64,000 bases of DNA from an uncultured archaeon (GCA_000965745.1 CP009479.1:64001-128000); one strand, 5' to 3'. Shown: positions 40,248 through 52,147, numbered from the stretch's first letter. Notes: generated by a model not told the origin, from the letters alone. Program-made: numbers and translations.

Positions 40248-41339
40248 ATGAATTTAGAAGACAGCACAGCGCTCCAGTTCGATACACCTTACATGGTTAT
40301 TGATTTCAACCAGTCACTGAAGAACATGAAGAAAGTGCAGAGCTTCGCAGACCAGCACGGTAAAACCCTGAGACCCCATTCGAAAACCCACAAGATCCCC
40401 CTGTTTTCCAAGCGCCAGATTTCCCTCGGCGCCGTAGGAGTGTGTGTCCAGAAGGTGAGTGAGGCAGAGGTGATGTTTGATGGAGGCGTAGAAGACATCC
40501 TGATCAGCAATGAAGTTGTCACAGGGATAAAGACCGACAGGATAGCTGATCTCGCGTCACGCGGATGCAGAATAAAAGTTGCCGTGGACAGCGAAGTGGG
40601 CATGAGCAGCCTGAATGAGTCAGCCAGAGAAGTTGGGAAGGAGATTGATGTCATAATAGATGTTGACCTTGGAATGGACAGGTGCGGCATTCTTCCGGAT
40701 GATTTTCCCGGTTTCCTGAAAAAATCATCAGGTTACAGCAACCTGACCGTATACGGCATAATGGCTTACGACGGAAACGTGGCAGATGAATCCCGGAGCG
40801 AAAGGAGCAGGAAAGTGGCTTCAGAAGTTGAAACTCTCACGAAACTGTGCAAGGACTATGAGCGAATTAATGGTGAGCCTCAGACTGTCAGTGTCGGTGC
40901 CACATCAACATACGACCTGTGGGCGGAGTATGACATTATAACAGAGCTGCAGCCCGGTACATACGTGTACTACGACAGAAGAACGACCGAGTATGGGGCG
41001 TCAACCATGGACGAGATCGCAATGGGAGTTGTAGGGACTGTAATGAGCAAGACCCACTCAAATCACGCGGTTATTGATGCGGGATACAAGTCCACGTCCA
41101 TAGATAATGGCAGGTACCCCATCCTGATTATGCCATCCGGAGATACAGCCCCCGTAACTTCCATGTCCGAAGAACACACTGTCTGCTCTGATGCGAATCA
41201 GCTGAAAATAGGGGACAGGGTCCTGCTATTGCCTTCCCATGCCTGCACGACTACAGATCAATGGGATAAAGCGGCTATTTTCGGATTGAATGAAAAACCT
41301 GGAACTATTGAAATTAAGGGCAGGGGTATGAGAGAGTGA
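40248..41339 (+). CDS. DSD1 / D-threonine aldolase-like PLP enzyme (alanine racemase fold)
   Basis: DTP, LRPHSKTHK, QKVSEAE, RCG, ELQPG.YVYYD, DAG.K, SEEH, P.HAC. Confidence 0.9.
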   Translation: MNLEDSTALQFDTPYMVIDFNQSLKNMKKVQSFADQHGKTLRPHSKTHKIPLFSKRQISLGAVGVCVQKVSEAEVMFDGGVEDILISNEVVTGIKTDRIADLASRGCRIKVAVDSEVGMSSLNESAREVGKEIDVIIDVDLGMDRCGILPDDFPGFLKKSSGYSNLTVYGIMAYDGNVADESRSERSRKVASEVETLTKLCKDYERINGEPQTVSVGATSTYDLWAEYDIITELQPGTYVYYDRRTTEYGASTMDEIAMGVVGTVMSKTHSNHAVIDAGYKSTSIDNGRYPILIMPSGDTAPVTSMSEEHTVCSDANQLKIGDRVLLLPSHACTTTDQWDKAAIFGLNEKPGTIEIKGRGMRE

Positions 41340-42171
41340 TTTATTTCCCCTCTGCCTGTAAAGCTCAAGCGGGAGATATTGCATTGAGTTGTGTAACTGC
41401 ACTTGATTACGGTGCGAAGTAAAGCACTGAGTGTGGTGAAACAAGAGAATCTGGATCTGGGCCAAGACGAGGACCAAGGGTCCGTCAGGAGCGCCGGTAT
41501 TAGGAATACGGCGGTATGGGGTTACCAGGTATGTTCCAGATTGCCATCAACGCGGGAACCGCTGCCTTCCCGGACTTTCCCGCCGCATCATTTTCAACGA
41601 TCATAATGGCAGTATCACTTATTATCCATCATTCTTGCAATTCTATTCATAATTGGTTTGAGTGCGGCTTGGAACCTTATGGTCATTGGTGCAATTCTCG
41701 ATAATTATCACGGTCGGCGTAATATTCCAGGGCATAATTCTGCATTGTTGCCTTGCAAGACCCGGAGCAGGGCCTGCTTCAAGCAGCGGGGATTGAAAGG
41801 AGCAGTTGACCGGAAAGGCATCGAAACCTCATGAATTTTTAAACGGGCCCACCCGTTTCATTTTTCATTCGTTGAGTTATAATCTAGCGGCAATGAGATA
41901 ATTACTATGCAATATTGACAGGCACTTCGCACATTTTAAACTTAAAACTAAAAGCATAATGCCAGTTTCTATACAACATAGCGATAGTTTTGGCTAATTG
42001 GTGGAAGAACTAAGTTTGACCCTTTTTGTATATAAAAGGTACTCCTTACATTTGAAGTGCAATAAAGTATGGAACTTCGGCGGAACCGGAAACATAAGTA
42101 TCCTGATGCAGGTATAATAGATTTTTTATTTATAATTTTGAAAAGAAATTATTTAATAATACTTACATTTT

Positions 42172-45100
42172 ATGAGCGTGAAAAATAAAATAATTTTTTC
42201 AATTATTATTACAGCACTCATGCTCCTGTCGGGGCTGAGCCTAATCGACACGGGTCTTGTTCACAACAGCTCAGGAAACAGTGCTCAAGCTAATCCATCA
42301 GTCACAAAAACCTATACCCTGACCTTCAAGGAGACGGGGTTGGAGAATTTGTTCCCCGGCTCAATGAACTGGACTTTAGTTCTCTGGAACTATTCTGGTT
42401 ACATCTACTACTTTTCCGGTACTCATGGGACTGTGAATGTAACACCCGGAACGTACAACTATCAGGCAACTGACTATTTTGGGCAGAGTACCCCCTATTC
42501 ATCTACCTTTACTGTAAGCTCGAACATGACTTTCAATGTCAGCTTCACTTCCCCGCAAAAGTTGGTCTTCAGCGGGGCTGGCTTGAGCAGCCAGTACTCC
42601 TGGGGAGTGATTCTTAAATCATTCTACGACAATGTGTATACATCCAACAGTACAGTGAAAGGAGGTTCCAACGTAGTTTACTACGGTATTCAAAGCAGCT
42701 ACTCCTACAGCTGGTACGAAGTCAAGAACGGCGTTAACACGACGATAGGAAGTTCATCAATCCAGATAGGGGCCGGAAGCACAGACTTCACCTTCAAGTT
42801 GCCCTTGAACGTTTTCAGCAACGTTACGGTCAAGTCAGGCACCCTTCCTGCAGGCACGAAGTGGTTCTTGATCCCGGTGGATTCCACTGCTTCAACTGTC
42901 TATTCAACAGGAAGTTCGGTCAATCTCACTCTGGAAAATGGCCCACACACATATGAGTATGGCTATGTGCTTCATAACGGCCAGAATATTGACATAGCAA
43001 ATGTGACGCTTGACTCCGGGGCGGTTAGCTCTTACACGCTTAAGTTCCCGTCCCTGACGAATGTTTCCTTCAAGCCGGTTTCGGCATTTCCAGCTTACAC
43101 TTACTCATGGGGAATAATGGGGAAGTTAGCATCCTCTGGGATTACCAACACATTCAATATTTCCTCCGCCACAATTCTAGAACCTTACGCTTTGCTTCCT
43201 GACGGCGCAGTAAATGTAACTCCGTACATAGTTCAGGGCAATCTGACTGGCCCCAACGGGGGAGGGTACGGAATACTTTCCTCATCCTACAATATCAACG
43301 TTTCCAGCTCCACCGCACTGCAGCAAGTGACTATCCCCAACTACAACAAGGTTACAGTCAAGGTAAACGGGATACCTTCTGGAACATATGCCACCATTTC
43401 AGGCATTCCGGGAAAACTCTTCGCTTACTCTGCCAATGTCCTTCAGGGGCAGTCATTCAGTTTCCTTGCACCCAACGGCAAGTACGCTTTCAAGTTGAGT
43501 CTCCCTAGCTACTACTATGAGGGATTCCAGTTCAATGTCACAGCAGGGGGAAGTTCGCAGACGACGAGCCTTGCATTGTACAATATCACTTTCCCCGCTC
43601 CTTACACATACACGACATTCTCTGTTGATGTGTTCGGTTATGAGCCCTATGATATTGTGTCCAGCGGAACTTCCACGCCAGGCCAACCCTTCTTCGTGTA
43701 CCTTCCAAACGGCACATACTCATACTATGACGTTGTGCAGTCTGCGGGACCTAGTGGCCTTTTTGTGCCAGATTCTGGCACGTTCAAGGTAGCAGGTTCC
43801 TCTGCCACGGTGAAACAGAATTTTCCATCCAAGTTCTACAATGTGACTGTAAAGGCCAACAACCTGCCGTCCTCGGCGAAGTGGAGTGCGTTCTTATCCT
43901 CAAGCACAAGCAACATTGAAGGAGTAACGAATACTACGTCGGGCGCAGCGTCGTGGGTATGGCTCCCCGCGGGACAGTATTACTTAAGCGTACAGTCCGC
44001 CCAGAATTCGACACAGTACTTCATGTCCAACTACAGCCTGGTCACGGTGAGTTCTTCTGGATCAAACATATTTGACCTGAATCTCACACCGAATTCCTAC
44101 ATCACCTTCTCGGAATCCGGCCTTCCGTCCGGAGCTTCCTGGTCTGTGACCTTCAACGGGAAAACCTACACCTCGAGTGCTTCAAACATAGTAACTTCGG
44201 TAGACATGGGATTCCTGACAGGGTCTTATCCCTTTGAAATCGGCAGCATCAACGGGTATTCATCAAATCCGGGATCAGGATACGTTAACCTGTCTGCAAA
44301 CTACTACCAGTCGAATTTTGAAGTGCCGGTTATCTTCACCCCGAACGGGCTTCCCGGCCAGCATGTGAGCATGAACACCTACACGCTGTCTGACCAGAAG
44401 CTCCAGACAGGCTCCTACTTCAGCACAAACCAGAAGGTTTCAGGCAATGCAATAGCATTTGACAGCGGAAGGGGAAATGTCTACATAGGGGAAACAAACC
44501 ACGGCGTTGCCGGGATAGCTGTCCTCAATTCCTCGACCTACGCCTTGAAGGATAACATTACCCTTCAGCAGGGAGGGAAGATACTCAGCATGGTTGTGGA
44601 CCAGTCCACCGGTTATCTCTACGCATCATACAGCTACAAATACTATTACCACATAGTTTCAGTGAATCTTGACACCTTTTCAGTGACGCTTACAACCGGA
44701 AATTTCGACTCTCCCGTCAGCCTGCTTGTTGATCCCGCAAACGGAGTTCTCTATGCGGCTGGCCAGAGGAACATCTATGCCCTTAACCCGTCATCTCTGG
44801 CAGTTGAGTCTGCCATACCGGTTCAGAATGATTTGTACAACAATTATTACTCGGCCTACAACCCTGAGCCTCTGTGGCTTGAGTACTCCAAAGCTACCGG
44901 GATGATTTACGCGACAGGGTACACCTTCAACAGCATACTGGAAATAAACCCGGCAACAAACACCATAGTGGGGAATTACAGTTTCGGTCCTGTGCCAAAT
45001 AGCTTTGAATACATTGGAGGCTCCCTCATTGACAGCGCCAACGGAAACATATACCTCGAGGTCACAAACACAGGTACATCCTACTCCCTTAGTTCACATC

Positions 45101-46287
45101 TTGAGGTGTTCAACCCGTCCACTGGCAAGTTCCTTGCGCCACTGTCCATACCAAACGGGACCAACTTCATGCTTGCCCAGAATCCGGCAAACGGAAACCT
45201 CATTGTGCCAATTGACAGATACCTTGTTCTTGGCTTTGCTTTCAGCGACCTTGCTGTGGGGACTCTGGCTGAGGTAAATGTCACAACAGGATCGGTTTAC
45301 AATAGCTTCCAGACTGGCCCAGACACGTACCAGGCAGCAGTAAACCCCAAAAATGGAGATGTGCTGGTTTCAAACATGGGTTCCGATGCCATAAACGTGA
45401 TATCGGCAGCTTCGGCTTACGGATATCTTAACGGGACCGTCTCGAACAAGGGTGCGACAGTAACAGTAGACGGCCTTTCCGTGCCATTGATAAACGGTGC
45501 ATTCAATGTTTCCCTTGCACCCGGGACGTATTTTGTTACCGTAAACGCCAACGGGTCAACCCCCGTGTTCAAGGAAGTGACGATAAAAGCTTACTCCACC
45601 ACGACTGTTGACATCCAGATGGCGCAGTCCACAACCTACAAGGTCTATGGCTATGTTACTCCCGGAACTGCTGCTGTTACACTCAACGGAATAAGCGCGG
45701 CAGTAAGCAAAACGGGTTACTTCACTGTGTATGCCTCCAGTGGCACCTACACGCTTTCAGCATACCTGAACGGATATTTCCCGTTCTCTGAAAACATCAA
45801 GGTTGCATCGAATGAGGAAGTGAACATCTCACTGGCAAGGGAGCCTGTACCCACAAGCGTTCTTGCCAGCACGAACGTGACTTCAGATGGGTTCAACGTC
45901 ACAGTATCCAACCTGACTGAGACTTCAAAGAACATATCTCTGGATTTCACTTCAACAGGAAACGGAACCATTACCATAGCAGTGCCGTACTCCGACCTGA
46001 AGAACCTGAACCTTTCTGAAATCCTTCACAGCAGGGTTTACATCGGTGGAACGCAGTACAGCAACTTCACGATAACAGTGAGTTCCAATTTCACGGTGAT
46101 CCTGACAGTGAAGGGGCTGGCTGGAGATCCGCACCTCGTGTGGTCTTTCTCATCAGCGCCCGTAATAGTGCCGCCACCATTGAAGGCCCCTGGCAATAGC
46201 ATGCTGATTTACGCAGGAATTGCGGCAGGAATCATCATAGTGATCGCAGGGGTAGGATACTGGTTCACGAGAAGGAAGAAACAGTAA
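42172..46287 (+). CDS. Large secreted surface protein (thermopsin-like Ig repeats, beta-propeller, PEGA-like domains, C-terminal TM anchor)
   Basis: Signal peptide; F.ESGLPSG..W.V repeats; YVTN-like blades; TM plus RRKKQ. Confidence 0.85.
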   Translation: MSVKNKIIFSIIITALMLLSGLSLIDTGLVHNSSGNSAQANPSVTKTYTLTFKETGLENLFPGSMNWTLVLWNYSGYIYYFSGTHGTVNVTPGTYNYQATDYFGQSTPYSSTFTVSSNMTFNVSFTSPQKLVFSGAGLSSQYSWGVILKSFYDNVYTSNSTVKGGSNVVYYGIQSSYSYSWYEVKNGVNTTIGSSSIQIGAGSTDFTFKLPLNVFSNVTVKSGTLPAGTKWFLIPVDSTASTVYSTGSSVNLTLENGPHTYEYGYVLHNGQNIDIANVTLDSGAVSSYTLKFPSLTNVSFKPVSAFPAYTYSWGIMGKLASSGITNTFNISSATILEPYALLPDGAVNVTPYIVQGNLTGPNGGGYGILSSSYNINVSSSTALQQVTIPNYNKVTVKVNGIPSGTYATISGIPGKLFAYSANVLQGQSFSFLAPNGKYAFKLSLPSYYYEGFQFNVTAGGSSQTTSLALYNITFPAPYTYTTFSVDVFGYEPYDIVSSGTSTPGQPFFVYLPNGTYSYYDVVQSAGPSGLFVPDSGTFKVAGSSATVKQNFPSKFYNVTVKANNLPSSAKWSAFLSSSTSNIEGVTNTTSGAASWVWLPAGQYYLSVQSAQNSTQYFMSNYSLVTVSSSGSNIFDLNLTPNSYITFSESGLPSGASWSVTFNGKTYTSSASNIVTSVDMGFLTGSYPFEIGSINGYSSNPGSGYVNLSANYYQSNFEVPVIFTPNGLPGQHVSMNTYTLSDQKLQTGSYFSTNQKVSGNAIAFDSGRGNVYIGETNHGVAGIAVLNSSTYALKDNITLQQGGKILSMVVDQSTGYLYASYSYKYYYHIVSVNLDTFSVTLTTGNFDSPVSLLVDPANGVLYAAGQRNIYALNPSSLAVESAIPVQNDLYNNYYSAYNPEPLWLEYSKATGMIYATGYTFNSILEINPATNTIVGNYSFGPVPNSFEYIGGSLIDSANGNIYLEVTNTGTSYSLSSHLEVFNPSTGKFLAPLSIPNGTNFMLAQNPANGNLIVPIDRYLVLGFAFSDLAVGTLAEVNVTTGSVYNSFQTGPDTYQAAVNPKNGDVLVSNMGSDAINVISAASAYGYLNGTVSNKGATVTVDGLSVPLINGAFNVSLAPGTYFVTVNANGSTPVFKEVTIKAYSTTTVDIQMAQSTTYKVYGYVTPGTAAVTLNGISAAVSKTGYFTVYASSGTYTLSAYLNGYFPFSENIKVASNEEVNISLAREPVPTSVLASTNVTSDGFNVTVSNLTETSKNISLDFTSTGNGTITIAVPYSDLKNLNLSEILHSRVYIGGTQYSNFTITVSSNFTVILTVKGLAGDPHLVWSFSSAPVIVPPPLKAPGNSMLIYAGIAAGIIIVIAGVGYWFTRRKKQ

Positions 46288-46299
46288 AGAGTTGATATT

Positions 46300-46336
46300 C
46301 GGGGCCGGCTTGTGCCCCGGCGAAATCTTTTTTTTT
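46300..46336 (+). terminator. GC hairpin plus T-tract terminator
   Basis: CGGGGC-8nt-GCCCCG followed by a 9-T run just after the stop codon. Confidence 0.6.
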
Positions 46337-46435
46337 CCGGTTGTTGCTGAATTTAGAACATGTTGCACGGTTCTGAATCCGTATGGAAATAATCTGTATA
46401 GTTCTTAGATATAACGAACAAGAGGAAAATCCAAA

Positions 46436-47347
46436 ATGCCTTCATTCAAGTGGGAAACTCTGGGATTTGCATTCATTGTCACAGTCTGGGGCTTGAACTA
46501 TCCGGTATCCCTGGCAGGCATGGGGTATTCATCCCCGATTTGGCTGGCCTTTTTCAGGGCGTTCTCAGCTTTCCTGGCCTTTTCAGTTGTCCTGTTCCTT
46601 TTCAGGACAAAGGAGAGGCTGGATACAAGGCAGAAGATCATAGCTGCACTCTGCGGAATACCGGGATCCGTGGTATTCTTCGGGTTCTGGCTTGTCGGCA
46701 TGCAGACTGTTGCTCCCGGCATAGCCAGCGTCCTGATCACTGCATATCCGCTCTGGATGCTGTTCATGTCTGTTCCCATTCTCGGGGAGCAGCCGGGCAG
46801 GATGAAAGCAGCTGCCGCACTGTCAGGCTTCTTCGGTGTTGCCCTCGCTTCAAATGTCATATTCGATCATTCCCAGAACAGTGTCCTCGCTGATGCAGAA
46901 CTGTTGATCTCAGGATTCGGCTTCGGCTTCATGAATATAGTCTTCAAGAAATACTTCAGGGGAAGGGAGATGCTCAGGGCTAACTTCTGGCAGCTTGGGG
47001 GCTCACTGTTGCCCCTGGTTGCATGGGCCCTTTTTACCGAGCCCTTCAGCGTCATCCAGTGGAATGCAGTGTTTGTCGGGTCCGTGTTGTGGATCGGCGT
47101 CCTTGGTACAGCAATAGCGTTCACCCTCTGGTTTATACTGCTTTCAAGGTACCATGCATCCTCAATGGGAGTGTACATGTTCATGATCATTGTTGTGGCC
47201 CTGGTAGCCTCTTTCTTCCTTTATGGTGAACGCATCAATGTCATTCAGCTTGTTGGCGTAGCCATCATAATAGTGTCGATATATGTTGTGAACAGGAGCG
47301 ATAAAACTGCTGCTGTGAAACGGGAAAAAGCAGGCTCTGCCCAATAG
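46436..47347 (+). CDS. EamA/DMT family transporter
   Basis: WGLN...P.WLAFFR...10 TM, duplicated EamA pattern, LYGE. Confidence 0.92.
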   Translation: MPSFKWETLGFAFIVTVWGLNYPVSLAGMGYSSPIWLAFFRAFSAFLAFSVVLFLFRTKERLDTRQKIIAALCGIPGSVVFFGFWLVGMQTVAPGIASVLITAYPLWMLFMSVPILGEQPGRMKAAAALSGFFGVALASNVIFDHSQNSVLADAELLISGFGFGFMNIVFKKYFRGREMLRANFWQLGGSLLPLVAWALFTEPFSVIQWNAVFVGSVLWIGVLGTAIAFTLWFILLSRYHASSMGVYMFMIIVVALVASFFLYGERINVIQLVGVAIIIVSIYVVNRSDKTAAVKREKAGSAQ

Positions 47348-47412
47348 TTTTCCCCGGGTTAACGACAACTTGGAAATAAAAACGTTTAAGGCTCCACCAC
47401 TATTATTGATCA

Positions 47413-50400
47413 GTGTCCAAGGCCCTGCTAAAGCAACTCTGTGGCAAACATGCCATTATCATACTTGTTATAATTATGGTCATTGTTCCCTCACTGCCGG
47501 CCTCTTTTTCAAGCCAGTCAGGAAGCGCAATTGAACAGGTGAAAGGTTCAGCAATACCAGGGAATGCCAATGGCAGCAGCATTACAAATTCCAGTTTTCA
47601 TACAGACATTCTGGGGAGCAGGATCACAGGTTATGTGGCCACGGGAAACAGTACAGTTCCCATAAACAAGAAAGTGGGGAGCCTTTCAGTCGTCATAACG
47701 TTAAAGTACCAGGACCAGGCAGGGTTGAACAGCTATCTTCAGGAGCTGCAGGACCCTTCATCCCCCTTCTATCACCATTACCTTACACACCGGGAATTTG
47801 TTCAGAGATATTCCCCTCCTGCTGAGGTTTACAATTCCCTGAACAAGTATCTCGCCTCCAGGGGATTTGATACAAAAACATATTCAGACAGGGTGTCAGT
47901 CGGAGTATCTGGGTCGGCCTCACAGTTTGACAGCCTTTTCCACACATCCATAATGAATGTGAAGAAGGGTAACAGCACATTCTACGCACCGGTGAAGCCG
48001 GTAAGCTTAGGCTGGCAGTATCATGGAGCAATATCCAATGTTGCCGGGTTGAGCGATGAGCATACGGCACAGATATCGCCTCTTTTCACCGGCCCGTCCG
48101 GTTCAGAAGTGCTTTTCGGCTCGGATCTGCAGGCTGCATACCAGCTGGACAAGCTTTACCAGGCAAGGGGGTACCCCACAAACGAGACAGTTGCAACCAT
48201 ACTCTGGTCGGGGGCATACAACGGAAGTTCTGTCGCCCCCTTCGTTCCATCGGATATTTCATATTACTTCAGCCACAACCTTCCTCCCGGGGAGCCAGAA
48301 CCTGTATTCTACGGCCTTCCTGTAGGAGGTGCGCCACTCCCTGGACCTTCGGCAAAGAACGATTCCACGCGGGCGAACTATGAGAGCACACTGGATCTGG
48401 AAATGGCCGGAAGCACGGCGCCTGGAGCCACCCTCGTGGAAGTTTACGGGCCGTCGCCAACAATGAGCTACCTTGACCAGGCTTTCGCAGAGATCCTCAA
48501 CCCGAATTACAACACTACACTCGACAACGCGCTCTCCCATGTGACTGCAATATCAAACTCATGGGGAGGAGGGGACAGCTATGATTCCTCCTGGGTACAG
48601 TATGAGCAGGAATCTGCTGCCAGGGGAATAACTGTCCTGGCATCATCGGGCGACAACGGGAACACGGGGAATCCTGCCCCTGGTTTTCCAGCGACAGTAG
48701 GGTATGACTCATACGGAACCCTGGCAGTGGGTGGAACACAGACTTCCGTCGCTGGAAACGCCTCAAATGATGGTACAGGCACCACTGGAATAGCTTCACA
48801 GTCTGTCTGGTACAATTCGCCCAGTTCGGGAGACGGTTCCCAGGGAGGCGTCAGTTCAGTATATTCCGAACCATCATGGCAGCTCAACAGCCCGGATGCA
48901 AACGGCGTCATAACAGGCAACAGCACGATCACGGGCGTTCAATCCGGGAGGGGGACTCCCGATGTTGCAGCAGTGGGGGCGAACATGTGGATGTATATGT
49001 CCACGTACTCCTACGGGACTGGTTATTACGAGTTATGGGGAACCAGTGTCGCCTCGCCGCTTGATGCGGGGCTCATAGCAACGATGGACCACTACACAGG
49101 GTCCATGGAGGGGTTCATGAACCCGCTCATATACAGCCTGGGCCAGGACCAGTTCCAGGGGCTGTACAATGGGCCGCCACCATTTTACTGGATCTACAAC
49201 GGATCGAATGGTGAATTTTCCTCCGCGCGTGGATACAACCTTGTGGACGGCTGGGGAAGCATAAATGCATACAACTTAATCCTTGCCGAGCAGAGTTTTG
49301 AAAGTGTCACCTTAACCGAGTCAGGGCTTCCTTCCGGAACCAGGTGGTACGTGAACCTGACAAACGGTCAGTCATTCTCGTCAACCAGCAATTCGATCTC
49401 ATTATCCGAGCCAAGCGGTACCTACGGCTACACCGCATCGTCGGAGAACGGGAGGCTCGTGCCTTCCTCACCCGCCGGACAGTTCAGCGTCAACGGCTCA
49501 CCGGTTTCGTTGGGTGTCACGTTCCAGGGAAGGAGCTATTCTGTTGTGTTCTCTGAAACCGGGCTTCCTCCACCTTATGAATGGTATGTAAATCTCAGCA
49601 ACGGGTTGAGCTCCGGGCCAATAAGCAGTTCTTCCTACACCGCCAGCCTTCCGAACGGAACTTATTCGTATACTGTCTCGAGCGGAAATAAAAGCTATTC
49701 CCCCGGCATATCATCAGGCAGTTTCACAGTCCAGGGCGCCGCCATGACGGTACCACCTGTATCGTTCTCTGAAGTAAGATATACATTCACTTTCAATGAG
49801 ATCAACCTTAAGCCGGGAATGACGTGGTATCTCAACGTATCAGGCCAGCATTCATCAGGACCCGTTTCGTCAACGTCATATAGCCTGAAGCTGCCCAACG
49901 GGACTTATTCATACACAGCGGCTTCAACCGACAAACGATATGTTCCTTCGCCTTCATACGGAACCGCCACGGTCAATGGCGGACCAGGCTAGCTGGCAAT
50001 ATCCTTCTCCGAACTGGACTATTACCTTAACTTCACTGAGTCAGGGCTTCCGGCAGGCACAGTATGGTACGCCAACCTGAGCGACGGCGGCACAGCAAAG
50101 GTTTCAGGTTCTTCTGCCTCTTTCAGCGAACCGAATGGAACCTATTACTACAACATATCCCGAGTACAGGGGTACGAGGCTTCCACCTACTCAGGGCGGG
50201 CAGAAATATCAGGGTCCGCAACGACGGTGCCGATAATATGGGCCGTGGCCAGGTACAATATAACATTCACAGGGCAGAACCTGCCTGCTGGTACAGAGTG
50301 GTACATCAACGTATCGGGCGCGAACCATGTTTCCTCTACATCAGGGAACATAAGCCTTGATCTTCCAAACGGCACCTACGGCTATACCTTTGCATCGGGT

Positions 50401-51069
50401 TCTCCATACTTCTCCGGTGGGAATGCAACACTGGATGTTCGTGGTTCAGGCATGACGATCCCTGTCCATTTCACACCGCTCTTCGCAGTATCAGTCAATG
50501 CGGGAGCGCTTCCCGCCGGATCGCTCTGGTACATCAACTTCACTTCTCCGGGCGGTTTTTTCAGGAATGTTTCTGGAACTTCAGGTACGCTGACAGCAAT
50601 CCTCCCGAATGGAACCTATGAATACAGTGCCTGGTATCCTGCATCTGATTCTGAGAAGACCGGCAGCGTTACAGTTGACGGCAGGAACAGCACAATATCA
50701 GCGGATTTCCACCGGACCTCAGTTATTTCCTTCAGGGAGTCGGGCCTGCCGCAGGGCACCAAATGGTCAGTAAGGTTCAATGGAACACTCAAGAGCTCAA
50801 ACGGCAGTTACCTGAATTTCACAGTCAGAGATGGAAACGGGACCTTCTCTTTTGAGGTGCCGGATGTCACCGGATACACTGTAAGCCGCCCTTCCGGTAG
50901 CATTTCCATAAACGGGACTGCCAGCAGTGCCAGTGTTGCTCTCGAATTCACAGCCATGAAAGAACCGGCCAGAGCCCCGGCCAATGCATACTACATTGCC
51001 ATTGGGGCAATGGCTGCCATAACGGTAGCATCAACCGCCGGATTCTACGCCCTGAAGCGGAGGAGATGA
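47413..51069 (+). CDS. S53 (sedolisin/kumamolisin) protease with thermopsin-like repeats and TM anchor, interrupted by one in-frame TAG at 49990-49992
   Basis: Prodomain; ESTLD, SSGDNG and GTSVASP catalytic motifs; the same frame stays open and repeat-like after the TAG up to 51069. Confidence 0.88.
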
Positions 51070-51142
51070 CGTCAGCCTCTGCAACGGGATAGGTTCCGGC
51101 AATATCAGCAACGGTTATATACAGCTAAGTGAGTGTGTAAGT

Positions 51143-52147
51143 ATGGGTCTATTTCAGAGTGTGGCCCTGAGAACACTAAAAAGGGCGGCAAGAAGAGTTT
51201 CCGGAGAGAAGGTTCCAACGATTGCAGGGCACAAGCTGCTATACACATGCAACCTCAGATGCCATATGTGCCCTTTCTGGAGGAGGCCGGACGAAAACCT
51301 CCTTTCACTTGATGAGGAGAAAAAGATGCTTTCATCCTTAGAGGAGCTGGGCGTCTCCTTTATGGGTTTCGAAGGAGGAGAGCCATTTCTGAGGAAGGAT
51401 CTCCCACAGATACTGGAATATTCACATTCACGCTTTCACACTTCGGTTGTTACCAATGGGTGGAAGCTGAAGGAAGGGCTTTCATCGGTGAAAGACAATA
51501 TCGACTACCTGTTCGTGTCCATTGACGGCATAGGAGAGACTCATGACAGGCTCAGAGGTGTAAAGGGATCATTTGCAAAAGCAATGGAGGGAGTTGAAGC
51601 GGCAAGCAATTTCATTCCTGTTTCATTAAGCAGCACAATCACCTCAGAAAACAGTGACGAGGTGGAGGATATAGTGGAGTTTGCAAAAAAAATGGATGTT
51701 TCAGTCTCGTTCCAGGTGGCCTATGACTATTCGACTGCAGAGAACATGTCGCCATCATCCCTTAAGCTAAAAGGCGCAATAACAAAACTACTGGAAATGA
51801 AGAAGGGCGGTGCCCCGATCCTTGAGTCGAAGGAGTATTTTGAGTCTGTGATAAACTCATGGTACAACGGCATCAGCTGGAAATGCAAGCCATGGCTTAC
51901 ACTGAATATCGACCCGGAAGGCCGGGTTGTCCTCCCCTGTTATGTCCTCAATGAATACACAGGATCGGGGAAGGTCTGGGAAATGGACCTGAGGAAAGCC
52001 TGGAACTCCGTCAACTGGGAGCTGTACGAATCATGCAACAAGTGTGCCCTTTCTTGTTACCTTGAGCCATCGCTCTTCAGCTGGGGAAATCCAGGGATGG
52101 TGAAGGAGAGAATAATCGACAGCGTGGTTTCGTATCTGAGGGCTTGA
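51143..52147 (+). CDS. Radical SAM/SPASM protein (PTO1314-family-like)
   Basis: CNLRCHMC, GGEP, TNG, SIDG, C-terminal Cys cluster. Confidence 0.88.
   Translation: MGLFQSVALRTLKRAARRVSGEKVPTIAGHKLLYTCNLRCHMCPFWRRPDENLLSLDEEKKMLSSLEELGVSFMGFEGGEPFLRKDLPQILEYSHSRFHTSVVTNGWKLKEGLSSVKDNIDYLFVSIDGIGETHDRLRGVKGSFAKAMEGVEAASNFIPVSLSSTITSENSDEVEDIVEFAKKMDVSVSFQVAYDYSTAENMSPSSLKLKGAITKLLEMKKGGAPILESKEYFESVINSWYNGISWKCKPWLTLNIDPEGRVVLPCYVLNEYTGSGKVWEMDLRKAWNSVNWELYESCNKCALSCYLEPSLFSWGNPGMVKERIIDSVVSYLRA

Noticed and set aside
49990-49992. Genome-wide pyrrolysine/TAG recoding
   Set aside because: TAG terminates conserved genes at their expected ends (rpl15, hutH), and no pyl genes are in the window
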